Shown in pieces: positions 38,746 to 47,221 of a stretch of 57,195 nt of DNA. The stretch is from NCBI GenBank assembly GCA_050012755.1, contig JBEKGO010000009.1:1-57195 (forward strand). The letters run 5' to 3'. Both the position numbers and the translations under genes were made by a program. A model generated the notes under the pieces. It saw nothing but the letters and a program-made list of their open reading frames with translations. It was not told where the DNA came from and made no database searches. Position 1 is the first letter of the stretch. Each line of letters starts with the position of its first letter. Source of the stretch: Candidatus Bathyarchaeia archaeon (lineage in GTDB: Archaea; Thermoproteota; Bathyarchaeia; Bathyarchaeales; Bathycorpusculaceae).

Positions 38746-39015
38746 CCCAGCACAGACATCTCCCACTTCGGAGCAGTCGTGAATTTCTCCTGATTAGAAA
38801 CTTAGTGCACACATAAACTGACGGGCGAAAAAAGATAGTGCTGGAAAAAGGATAAAGAAAGAAATTAAAACGACAGACTGTTTCCTTTTCGATAGGCTAT
38901 CCTTGAACAAACGAAATGCGGGATTGAGCTTTTGGTGCTCCACTAAATGACCTTAAAAAGGCTTATAACGGTTTCTAAACAAAATGCAACCAAAGAATAG
39001 GAGGTGAATTAGAAC

Positions 39016-39336
39016 ATGTCTGGAATATCTGTTTCTCAATTAGCATACTACTTGGCGCTAATAGGCGGAATACTGCTCATAATATTTGGCTTATTGAGTC
39101 TGATAGGGTTCAGTAGACTATCATATCTCCATTTTAGTTTCTATGCCTTTGCATACGACGGAATTGTGTCTATAATTTGTGGCGTTATTGCAATCATCGG
39201 TGCCAAAAGCGCAAGCACTCTCGTCTGGGCAATCGTGCTCATAATCGTTGGAATCGTTGGCGGCGGACTTGGCGGATTACTAGTGGTACTAGGCGGCTTA
39301 GTTGGGCTAATCACAGTGCTTACTAAAAAAACATAA
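39016..39336 (+). CDS. Small Gly-rich multi-TM membrane protein
   Basis: GGAGGTGA RBS; 3-4 hydrophobic helices. Confidence 0.8.
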   Translation: MSGISVSQLAYYLALIGGILLIIFGLLSLIGFSRLSYLHFSFYAFAYDGIVSIICGVIAIIGAKSASTLVWAIVLIIVGIVGGGLGGLLVVLGGLVGLITVLTKKT

Positions 39337-39501
39337 AGGTGTAACGGCACAAAAAGAGATTACCGTTCGCTTATTTTGTAATGCGATTATGTTAATCCCA
39401 ATCTTTTCTTTTTGACAAAACGCTTCTGACCCGCGAGACAGATTCAGTTCTGACATAACACTAGATTAAAACATTCTTGCTGTAACATTCCTTCAGTTTA
39501 C

Positions 39502-39591
39502 TTATAGCAAGTGGAAAAGGAATTGGATTGCAGCAACAAGAATTATTAATAGTACTACAAAAACAATAGCAGAAATTAACCAGCCACCCAT
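39502..39591 (-). CDS. 29-aa hydrophobic microprotein MGGWLISAIVFVVLLIILVAAIQFLFHLL
   Basis: GAGGTGA RBS 8 nt upstream of the ATG; single TM helix. Confidence 0.6.
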   Translation of the reverse strand: MGGWLISAIVFVVLLIILVAAIQFLFHLL

Positions 39592-39677
39592 TTGTTCAAT
39601 CACCTCTTGCTCTTATCACATATAAACTCGATTATCAGAGAAAACGTGCGTGCTTACGCAGCGTACGCTTGCTAGCC

Positions 39678-39815
39678 TTATTCTTTTTTCTTGAATTCTT
39701 TCTTTATTCCTTTCCCAAGTTCCTCTACGGCTTTAGCACCTTTCCTGATACCTTTGCCGACTGCTTCTCCAGTTTTTTCAGCAGTATTCTCAATTTTTTT
39801 CTTCTCACCCGGCAC
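39678..39815 (-). CDS. 45-aa Lys/Gly-rich amphipathic microprotein MPGEKKKIENTAEKTGEAVGKGIRKGAKAVEELGKGIKKEFKKKE
   Basis: GAAGGTGA RBS, GTG start; paralog at 4380-4534 supports a real gene family. Confidence 0.75.
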   Translation of the reverse strand: MPGEKKKIENTAEKTGEAVGKGIRKGAKAVEELGKGIKKEFKKKE

Positions 39816-40060
39816 TCAAGTCACCTTCCATCTAAAAGTCGTTTATTTCAGAATTAAACTTGTGTGACTGTGAAGCCACAGCGACATCTAGGTGTCAACC
39901 GAGTCTTGCTTGTAGAATGGGCTTATGTACAAGTATTGAATTGAGTCAGCGTTTAATGCGTTGCTTCTAACATTATGCACCTAAAAATTTCTTGATTGCC
40001 CACTGGGTTTTCCAGTTTACATTTATAACTTACTTGTTATCATCTTTAGGACGTTTAGCC

Positions 40061-41890
40061 ATGACACGAATTGCCGTACTTAATGAGGACAAATGCAAAG
40101 TCAAAAAATGCAATTCACTTTGCGTTAGCTTCTGCCCTATGGTAAGAAGCCGAGTGGAAGCCATCAGGGTTGAAGGAAACAAAGCAGTCATCGTGGAAAC
40201 ACTTTGTAGTGGCTGCGGTATTTGTGTGAAAAAATGTCCTTTCAAAGCCATAAGCATCGTTAACCTTCCTGACGAATTGGAAAAGGATTGTAGTCACCGT
40301 TTTAGCGCAAACAGCTTCAAACTTTTCCGTTTACCCATGCCTTCACCAGGTACCGTGTTGGGTTTGCTGGGACAAAACGGCATTGGAAAAACGACTACTC
40401 TCAAAGTGTTTTCAGGAGAAATCAAACCAAACCTAGGCAAATATGATGATCCGCCTGATTGGCCAGAAATTATTCAGTATTACCGTGGTTCAAGCCTTCA
40501 AGATTACTTCCAGAAAATGAGTGAGAAAAAACTCAAAGTCAGCAGCAAACCCCAGTATGTCGATAAAATCCCTAAGGCAATTAGTGGGAAAGTCGGCGAT
40601 TTGCTGGAAAAAGTTGATGAAAGAAAACAACTTGAACCTCTTGCTGATGTGTTTGAGCTTAAAAATATTTGGGATAGACCATTAGATGTGCTAAGCGGCG
40701 GCGAACTCCAACGTGTGGCGGTTGCAGCAGCACTTAGCCGCGACGCTGACGTTTACCTTTTTGATGAACCCTCAAGCTACTTAGACGTTAAGCAGAGACT
40801 TGTCGTCGCAAAAACCATCCGTGGCCTCAAAGAACAGCAAAAAACCATAATTGTAGCTGAACATGACTTAGCCATCATCGATTACCTCTCTGATCAAATC
40901 TGTCTCTTCTACGGAGAACCCGGCGTCTACGGCGTTGTCTCACACGTGCATGGCGTCAGAACAGGCATCAACATTTACCTTCAAGGTTACATTCCAGACG
41001 AAAACATAATGTTCCGCAAGGAATCCATCGTTTTTCACGAGAAACCGCCAACCGCAGGCACCAACCTCGGCGAACCGCTTCTGAAATGGGGCAACATGAC
41101 GAAAACCTTCAAAGGCTTCAAACTAGCTGTTGAGCCAGGCGAAATTTTGCGCGGCGAAATCATCGGCATTCTAGGACCCAACGGTATTGGGAAAACTACT
41201 TTTGTAAAAATTCTCGCTGGTCTTGAGGAAACTGATGATAAGCGAAAACTCGGCGAGTTAACTGTCAGCTACAAACCTCAATACATTGCACCCGACTACG
41301 CGGGCACAGTTGCGGAGCTTCTAATGAATGTCGCTAAAGACAACTTTACATCTAGCTGGTACAAAACCGAAATTGCTCAGCCACTGAGGCTTCAGGTTCT
41401 AATGGATAGAAATGTGATGGAGCTCAGCGGTGGTGAACTTCAAAAGGTAGCTATAGCTGCCTGCCTAAGCCGAAAAACCGACATATTTCTCCTAGACGAG
41501 CCAAGCGCGTATTTGGACGTTGAAGAACGGCTGAACATGGCTAAAACGCTGCGGCGAGTGGTTGAAGCTCACGGTATTCCAGCCTTCGTGGTTGAACATG
41601 ACGTTGTTACGCAAGATTTCATTGCCGACCGCTTGATGGTTTTTGACGGTGATCCAGGAGTGAGTGGCTTGGCTCATCCGCCAACGAGCCTAAGAAAGGG
41701 CATGAATACCTTCCTTAAGGAAATGAACATCACTTTCCGACGGGACCCAACAACGATGCGACCCAGAGTAAACAAGGAAGCTTCACAAATGGACATGTTC
41801 CAAAAAGGCATCGGCGAATACTACTATACAAAAACCGCAAAAATAGAAAAAGAAGAGAAAGAAGAAAGAAAACAAACTGCCAAAAAATAA
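40061..41890 (+). CDS. Ribosome recycling ATPase ABCE1/RLI1
   Basis: N-terminal Fe-S (CPMVR, CSGCGICVKKCPF), two NBDs (G.NGIGKTT, LSGGELQ, DEPS), ITFRRD..RPRVNK. Confidence 0.97.
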   Translation: MTRIAVLNEDKCKVKKCNSLCVSFCPMVRSRVEAIRVEGNKAVIVETLCSGCGICVKKCPFKAISIVNLPDELEKDCSHRFSANSFKLFRLPMPSPGTVLGLLGQNGIGKTTTLKVFSGEIKPNLGKYDDPPDWPEIIQYYRGSSLQDYFQKMSEKKLKVSSKPQYVDKIPKAISGKVGDLLEKVDERKQLEPLADVFELKNIWDRPLDVLSGGELQRVAVAAALSRDADVYLFDEPSSYLDVKQRLVVAKTIRGLKEQQKTIIVAEHDLAIIDYLSDQICLFYGEPGVYGVVSHVHGVRTGINIYLQGYIPDENIMFRKESIVFHEKPPTAGTNLGEPLLKWGNMTKTFKGFKLAVEPGEILRGEIIGILGPNGIGKTTFVKILAGLEETDDKRKLGELTVSYKPQYIAPDYAGTVAELLMNVAKDNFTSSWYKTEIAQPLRLQVLMDRNVMELSGGELQKVAIAACLSRKTDIFLLDEPSAYLDVEERLNMAKTLRRVVEAHGIPAFVVEHDVVTQDFIADRLMVFDGDPGVSGLAHPPTSLRKGMNTFLKEMNITFRRDPTTMRPRVNKEASQMDMFQKGIGEYYYTKTAKIEKEEKEERKQTAKK

Positions 41891-42173
41891 GCCTCTTCCA
41901 TGTTTCGGCATAGTAGGTTAAGAAAGTTTGGCTAAAAAGGGATTATGTTAGTCGTGTTTTGTTGACTGAAATGTTTTTAGACAATTTAAAGCGATTTTTG
42001 GTTGTATGGTCATTTTTTTACACATTCATGTCTAAACTTACCATTCAGGCATGTTACTGCCTGCTTTTTTGAATGAACGATTTAAACGCATATTGCAGTT
42101 AACTTAAAGAACAAGCAACAAATATACTAACCATTCGCAAAACAAGAAACGGGGAAAGTGGTGTAAGCAGCAA

Positions 42174-43700
42174 GTGGCTCAAGCAACCTTTGAAGAAATT
42201 AGCGCCTCTGATTTTTTCTATAGGAACAGAGACATAGCAGGCTTAACGAATCCTTCACGCGCTGTATTCGTCGCTATTCGAGAAATAGTAGAAAATTCAT
42301 TGGACGCTGCCGAGAGCCAGAAGATTCCACCGGACATTTATGTTCGTTTGTCTTATGAGGGAGAAGCTACCAAAGAAACTCAAATCTATAAGCTTCGTGT
42401 CGAAGACAACGGTAGCGGAATTCAACCTCGGTTTATACCCTCCGCTTTCGGCCAAGTCCTCTATGGCAGCAAATACAAACTCAAGCAAACAAGAGGCACA
42501 TTTGGTTTAGGCGGAAAAATGGCTGTCCTCTATGGACAAGTTACCACTCACCAGGCAGTTTACGTGACCTCGTCCACAGGGCAAGAAAAAATTTACAGTT
42601 TCAAATTAATGATCGACATCCAAAGGAACCGCCCAATAATTCTTGACCGCAAAGTCTTGATTAACAAAGACAATTGGCGCGGAACCATAGTCGAGTTTTC
42701 CCTTGAAGGCGATTATCTTAGGGCAATGCCAAAAATTCTTGATTATTTCAAACAAACAGCCATGGTTAATCCATATGCTAATTTAACGTTTGTTGACCCC
42801 AAAGGCAGGCTCTACAAGTTTATCCGTGCAACCACAGAGATGCCTGAACCGCCGACAGAAATATTGCCACATCCATACGGTGTAGACGTGGAACTTCTGC
42901 AACGACTTATCCAGATTACACCTTACAATAACATGTCAGATTTTCTGAAGGGTTCTTTTCACAGAGTCGGCGAAATCACGGCACAAAAATTCCTAGAATT
43001 CAGCCAATTAAGCCCCAGCAAGAATCCAAAGAGACTTTCCCATGAAGAAATAGTGCGGCTAATGCAGAACCTAAAGAAGTACAAGGATTTCTTGCCACCA
43101 GACGCTAGTTGCCTCTCACCTTTAGGAGAGGATCTGCTCAGGACTGGTGTCATGAAAGAGTTAAACCCCGAGTATCTTGTAGTTCACCAGCGTAAACCAT
43201 CCACTTATGCAGGCCACCCATTCATCGTTGAAATGGCAATTGCATATGGCGGCGGAGTGCCCAAACGCGGCACCTTTGTCATCTACCGTTTCGCCAACAA
43301 AATCCCCCTACTCTACGATGAAGCCAGCGACGTTTCATACCGAGTAATTTCAGCCCTGAACTGGCGACGCTACAAAGTGTCATCTGACATGCCCATCGCC
43401 ATAGTTGTTCACATTTGCAGCACAAAAGTGCCCTACAAAACGGTTGGAAAAGAATTCATTGCTGACAGACCCGAAGTGCGCCGTGAAGAGGCAAATGCGC
43501 TTCGTGAGGTTGCTCGTGAGCTTCAGCATTTCCTGTCACGTCAAGAGCACGTGCACATGGAGAAGAAGCGTCTGGGAATTTTCAGCAAGTACCTGCCAAA
43601 AATAGCGCAGTTCTCGGCAACTTTAGCTGGGGAAAAGCGAATACCAGATATTGATAAACTTTTGAAGAGTGTTCAGAAATATGGCGCAGAAGAAAGCTAA
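42174..43700 (+). CDS. top6B: DNA topoisomerase VI subunit B
   Basis: E.VENSLDA, VEDNGSG, Q.RG.FGLG, PHP.G, RFANKIPLLY. Confidence 0.97.
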   Translation: MAQATFEEISASDFFYRNRDIAGLTNPSRAVFVAIREIVENSLDAAESQKIPPDIYVRLSYEGEATKETQIYKLRVEDNGSGIQPRFIPSAFGQVLYGSKYKLKQTRGTFGLGGKMAVLYGQVTTHQAVYVTSSTGQEKIYSFKLMIDIQRNRPIILDRKVLINKDNWRGTIVEFSLEGDYLRAMPKILDYFKQTAMVNPYANLTFVDPKGRLYKFIRATTEMPEPPTEILPHPYGVDVELLQRLIQITPYNNMSDFLKGSFHRVGEITAQKFLEFSQLSPSKNPKRLSHEEIVRLMQNLKKYKDFLPPDASCLSPLGEDLLRTGVMKELNPEYLVVHQRKPSTYAGHPFIVEMAIAYGGGVPKRGTFVIYRFANKIPLLYDEASDVSYRVISALNWRRYKVSSDMPIAIVVHICSTKVPYKTVGKEFIADRPEVRREEANALREVARELQHFLSRQEHVHMEKKRLGIFSKYLPKIAQFSATLAGEKRIPDIDKLLKSVQKYGAEES

Positions 43701-44763
43701 GATACTTGAACGTCAAAACGAAGTCATCAACAGTCTTCATGAATTCGGCAGCAGAATCTATAGTCAGCTAGATCAAGGAGTTTTTCCAACTATTGAAATG
43801 CCGAGCCGTGGCACCGACAACATCGCCTACGACCCAACGCTGCGACAATACGTTTTAGGCGAGAGAAACGTCAGTCGAAGCGCCCGTAACATTCGCCATA
43901 TTAAGCCATTCACTCAGCTTGCATGGGCAGCAATGTTTAGTAACGAGCTTACTACTCAGCGCAAAACCAGCACTCTAAGAGACGTTTATTACTCAGCACA
44001 AGCCTACGAGATGACTTTCACCGATCAACAAGAATCTAACAACATTATCACCGATCTTGAAACCTTAACAGGTTTTGCCCGAGAAGACTTTCACATTTTC
44101 CCTGAAGAGCGCAGCGCAATTTTTGGCGATTTAGATATCGGCTACACTGTTCCTGGCTACGAAGGCAAAACTTTGAATTTAACCAGCCACCCAGACGGCG
44201 TGTTGATTGGTCCAGCCCTAACTTCAGCTGAGTTAATGAACACTAGAGCCGACAAAGTAATAGCTATCGAGAAAGGCGCTCTCTTCACAAGATTTATCGA
44301 AGAAAACGTACACAATAAGCATCACGCTTTGCTGATTTCTTGCGGTGGACAAGCCCCAAGACAAACCCGCAGTTTCATCCGACGTCTCCATGATGAATTG
44401 AATCTGCCAGTTTACATTTTGACTGATGGCGACCCATGGGGAATGCACATTGCGCAAGTCATCATCTCTGGCTCAGCCAACGCAGCACACCTAAGAGAAC
44501 TAAACACCCCTGATGCGGTTTGGAGCGGAGTTTGGGCAAGTGACATAATTGAGTACAAACTACCAACTGACCCCTTAGACGAAGTTGACATCAAGCGACT
44601 CTACGAGTTACAGAAAGATCCACGTTATCAAAACGACCCAATCTGGCAAAAAGAAATAAAGCTATTTCTTAAAATAAAAAGAAAAGCTGAACAGGAAGCT
44701 TTCAGCCGATACGGGTTAACCTACATTGTTGACGAATATTTGCCCACGAAATTAAAGAGCTAA
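43681..44763 (+). CDS. top6A: DNA topoisomerase VI subunit A
   Basis: STLRDVYY, AIEK, GQAPR.TR, TDGDPWG..I, KAEQEA. Confidence 0.97.
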   Translation: MAQKKAKILERQNEVINSLHEFGSRIYSQLDQGVFPTIEMPSRGTDNIAYDPTLRQYVLGERNVSRSARNIRHIKPFTQLAWAAMFSNELTTQRKTSTLRDVYYSAQAYEMTFTDQQESNNIITDLETLTGFAREDFHIFPEERSAIFGDLDIGYTVPGYEGKTLNLTSHPDGVLIGPALTSAELMNTRADKVIAIEKGALFTRFIEENVHNKHHALLISCGGQAPRQTRSFIRRLHDELNLPVYILTDGDPWGMHIAQVIISGSANAAHLRELNTPDAVWSGVWASDIIEYKLPTDPLDEVDIKRLYELQKDPRYQNDPIWQKEIKLFLKIKRKAEQEAFSRYGLTYIVDEYLPTKLKS

Positions 44764-44789
44764 AACCTACCCAGTAGCACCACAACTGT

Positions 44790-45131
44790 TTAGGTTGTCT
44801 GAGGTTTTTCTTCTTGCTTACGATCAGGGTTAAATCTAGCAGCGATTTGCAGCCTTCCCACAATAGGCTTTTTGCCAATATTGAGTTCTGGTTGTTTTTT
44901 TCCGCATTCAGGGCAAAATTTCGAGACAGCTGGAATTCTGGTCAGGCATTTTGGACAGATTTTCAGCAGAATTGGTTGACGCAAGGGTGTACCGCAGAAG
45001 TTGCAGTAATTTGAGAATGAAGCGACTTGTGAGCCACAATTTGGGCATCTAATATACTGGGTATAGGTTGGAACTGGAAGCATGATAAAAGCGGAAAGGA
45101 TAATTAAACACCATGTTTGAATATGCCGCAA
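44790..45131 (-). CDS. Double zinc-ribbon protein
   Basis: CPNCG..YCNFCG..CPKC..FCPECG; start codon uncertain. Confidence 0.75.
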   Translation of the reverse strand: MRHIQTWCLIILSAFIMLPVPTYTQYIRCPNCGSQVASFSNYCNFCGTPLRQPILLKICPKCLTRIPAVSKFCPECGKKQPELNIGKKPIVGRLQIAARFNPDRKQEEKPQTT

Positions 45132-45198
45132 CTTGCTTTTTTCTCTTTTGTGTTAGTCACTAAGACAAAACACTTATGCCTATGAAGAACATTAGTTA

Positions 45199-45475
45199 AT
45201 GTCGATAAAATTCTAAGCGAGGAAGATGCACTTTTAGCCCAAAAAAACGAGCCCCAAGAAATGCCAAAAGCAGAGGAAGAGGCATTGATTACCCATTTGA
45301 AATTGGAGACGAATACGAAGTCGATGTTGTAGATATGAGTCCCAACGGCGAGGGTATCGCTAAAATCAAGGGCTTTCCAATATTTATCGGCAACGCAAAA
45401 GCCAACGAACATCTAAAAGTAAGAATAACGAAAATAATTAGTGGCTGTGCAGACGCCGAAATAATCCCTCAGTAA
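45199..45475 (+). pseudogene. TRAM-domain (archaeal cold-shock-like) gene with apparent 1-bp insertion near the start
   Basis: Frame 45209-45475 reads P.EIGDEYEVDVVDMSPNGEGIAKIKGFPIFI.NA...E.LKVRITKI; ATG at 45199 joins it if one A of the 45207-45210 run is removed. Confidence 0.75.
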
Positions 45476-45519
45476 AGCATTTACTAATTTTTAGGTTTAG
45501 ACTGTGGTTTTGAGAAGAC

Positions 45520-45623
45520 TGGTGCGGTCACCGGGATTTGAACCCGGGTCATCAGCTTGGGAAGCTTACACAACGTTACCAATGGCAACGCTTTGATGTC
45601 CTACCAAGCTAGACTACGACCGC
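45520..45623 (-). tRNA. tRNA-Gly(CCC) with 28-nt intron at position 29/30 (45566-45593); CCA encoded
   Basis: Acceptor GCGGTCG/TGACCGC, anticodon stem TCAGC/GCTGA restored after intron removal, canonical T arm, strict BHB motif. Confidence 0.95.
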
Positions 45624-45831
45624 GAATGTTTTTTCTATTTAGGCTTGTTTATTTTCGGCTTAGCCAGATATATTGGTTCTTATCTACAATATACTTAACG
45701 CTATTTTTTTGTGACTTTTTAGATATAAGATGAACACTTGACTTTGAAAAAAAATAGGTTTTTCCGGCTTCCGAGCAAGCATAATCGTTATCTCTAACTA
45801 ACTAGAAAGAATACCAAGGGAGAAAACATCT

Positions 45832-46911
45832 TTGCCAAAAAATTACACTTACACCGATGCAGGAGTAAATCGCAAGCAACGCGTCGAATCTAAAAAAGCT
45901 CTAAAAAACCTGCAACAAACCTACAAATACAGCCTTTTTGGCGGCGTCATGCATCTGCCTTATGGCAATATCTTTCCAATCACAAAAAACACTTTTTTGG
46001 ACCTTGTCATCGAAGGCGTAGGCACTAAAGTTCTCCTCGCAGAGCTTGCGCAAAAATATGATACCATAGGAATAGATGCAGTTGCTATGGCAGTCAACGA
46101 TGTAATTCGGTCAGGGGCCAAACCACTCTCGATAGCAGACAACATCCATGCACAAGAAAGCAACCCTATGCTGGTTAAAGAGTGGCTGAAGGGAATCACG
46201 CAAGGCGCAGAGGAAGCAATGTGTCCAGTTACAGGTGGAGAAACGGGTGACGTTGCAGAAATAATTAGAGGCTTGACAGAAAAAGCTGGGTTTGATATGG
46301 TTGTTGCTTCTGTTGGCCAGGTTGAAAAACCAGAAATCATAACTGGAAAAAACATCAAAGCTGGGGATCCAATTATCGGTTTAGCCAGCAGTGGGTTGCA
46401 CAGCAACGGCATAACGATGGCTAGAAAAATCCTTTTCAAGCAATGGGGCGGAAAATATCAACCCAACGATAAACCAGCAGGCATAGATCGCGAAATAGTT
46501 CTTGAAGCACTTGAACCTACAAAAATCTATGTCAAACCCGTACTCAAGCTTGCCAGTGAAGTAAAAGTTAAGGCAGCAGTCCACATAACAGGAGATGCTT
46601 ACATGAAATTCAACAACCTTGCTGCAGTCTCGCCAGGCATAGGTTTCGAATTCAATAACTTCAAACCACAACCCATTTTCGGCTTAATCCAAAAAACAGC
46701 TGCAACGCTGGGCTTTACAATAACAGATGAGGAAATGTTCAAGACTTTCAACATGGGCTGGGGCTTCGGCATAATCGTTGACAAAACAGACATCGATAAA
46801 GCTATGAACACGCTTGAACAAAACAACATAAAACCTGAGATAATAGGCAAAGTAACTGACAAACAAACGGTGGAAATAAAGCATCAGGACAAAAAGTTGG
46901 TTTTAACGTAA
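45832..46911 (+). CDS. purM: Phosphoribosylformylglycinamidine cyclo-ligase (AIR synthetase)
   Basis: Y.DAGV, EGVGTK, GIDAVAM.VND, GGET, SSGLHSNG, HITG, TFNMG.G. Confidence 0.96.
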   Translation: MPKNYTYTDAGVNRKQRVESKKALKNLQQTYKYSLFGGVMHLPYGNIFPITKNTFLDLVIEGVGTKVLLAELAQKYDTIGIDAVAMAVNDVIRSGAKPLSIADNIHAQESNPMLVKEWLKGITQGAEEAMCPVTGGETGDVAEIIRGLTEKAGFDMVVASVGQVEKPEIITGKNIKAGDPIIGLASSGLHSNGITMARKILFKQWGGKYQPNDKPAGIDREIVLEALEPTKIYVKPVLKLASEVKVKAAVHITGDAYMKFNNLAAVSPGIGFEFNNFKPQPIFGLIQKTAATLGFTITDEEMFKTFNMGWGFGIIVDKTDIDKAMNTLEQNNIKPEIIGKVTDKQTVEIKHQDKKLVLT

Positions 46912-46969
46912 AGTTTTGCTTTTTTTATGACGAAAGTGTTTAAATCCTGTAGCTTAATTTAAAGGCTCT

Positions 46970-47221
46970 ATGAAATACTCCGCTAAAATAGAGGTCAGTC
47001 TTAAACCAGGCCACAGCAACCCTGAAGGAGAAACAACCGCCCATTTACTAAAAGAACTCGGCTACAAAGTCGAAACTGTTGACGTGAGCAAAGTTTACAC
47101 TGTCACTCTTGAAGCATCATCAGTGAAAGAAGCCAAGTCAAAAGCAGAAGAAATGAGCAAGCGCCTTTTAGCAAACCCAACCAAAGACAATTACACAATA
47201 ATTGTTGAGGAGCAGAAATGA
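46970..47221 (+). CDS. purS: FGAM synthase subunit PurS
   Basis: LKPG..NPEG, LLANP..D.Y. Confidence 0.95.
   Translation: MKYSAKIEVSLKPGHSNPEGETTAHLLKELGYKVETVDVSKVYTVTLEASSVKEAKSKAEEMSKRLLANPTKDNYTIIVEEQK

Noticed and set aside
38545-38816. 82-aa and 66-aa ORFs in the large intergenic region
   Set aside because: Translations of simple-repeat DNA; no RBS or protein-like pattern
39371-39398. TTATGTTAA dif half-site
   Set aside because: No matching left arm at 6-bp spacing
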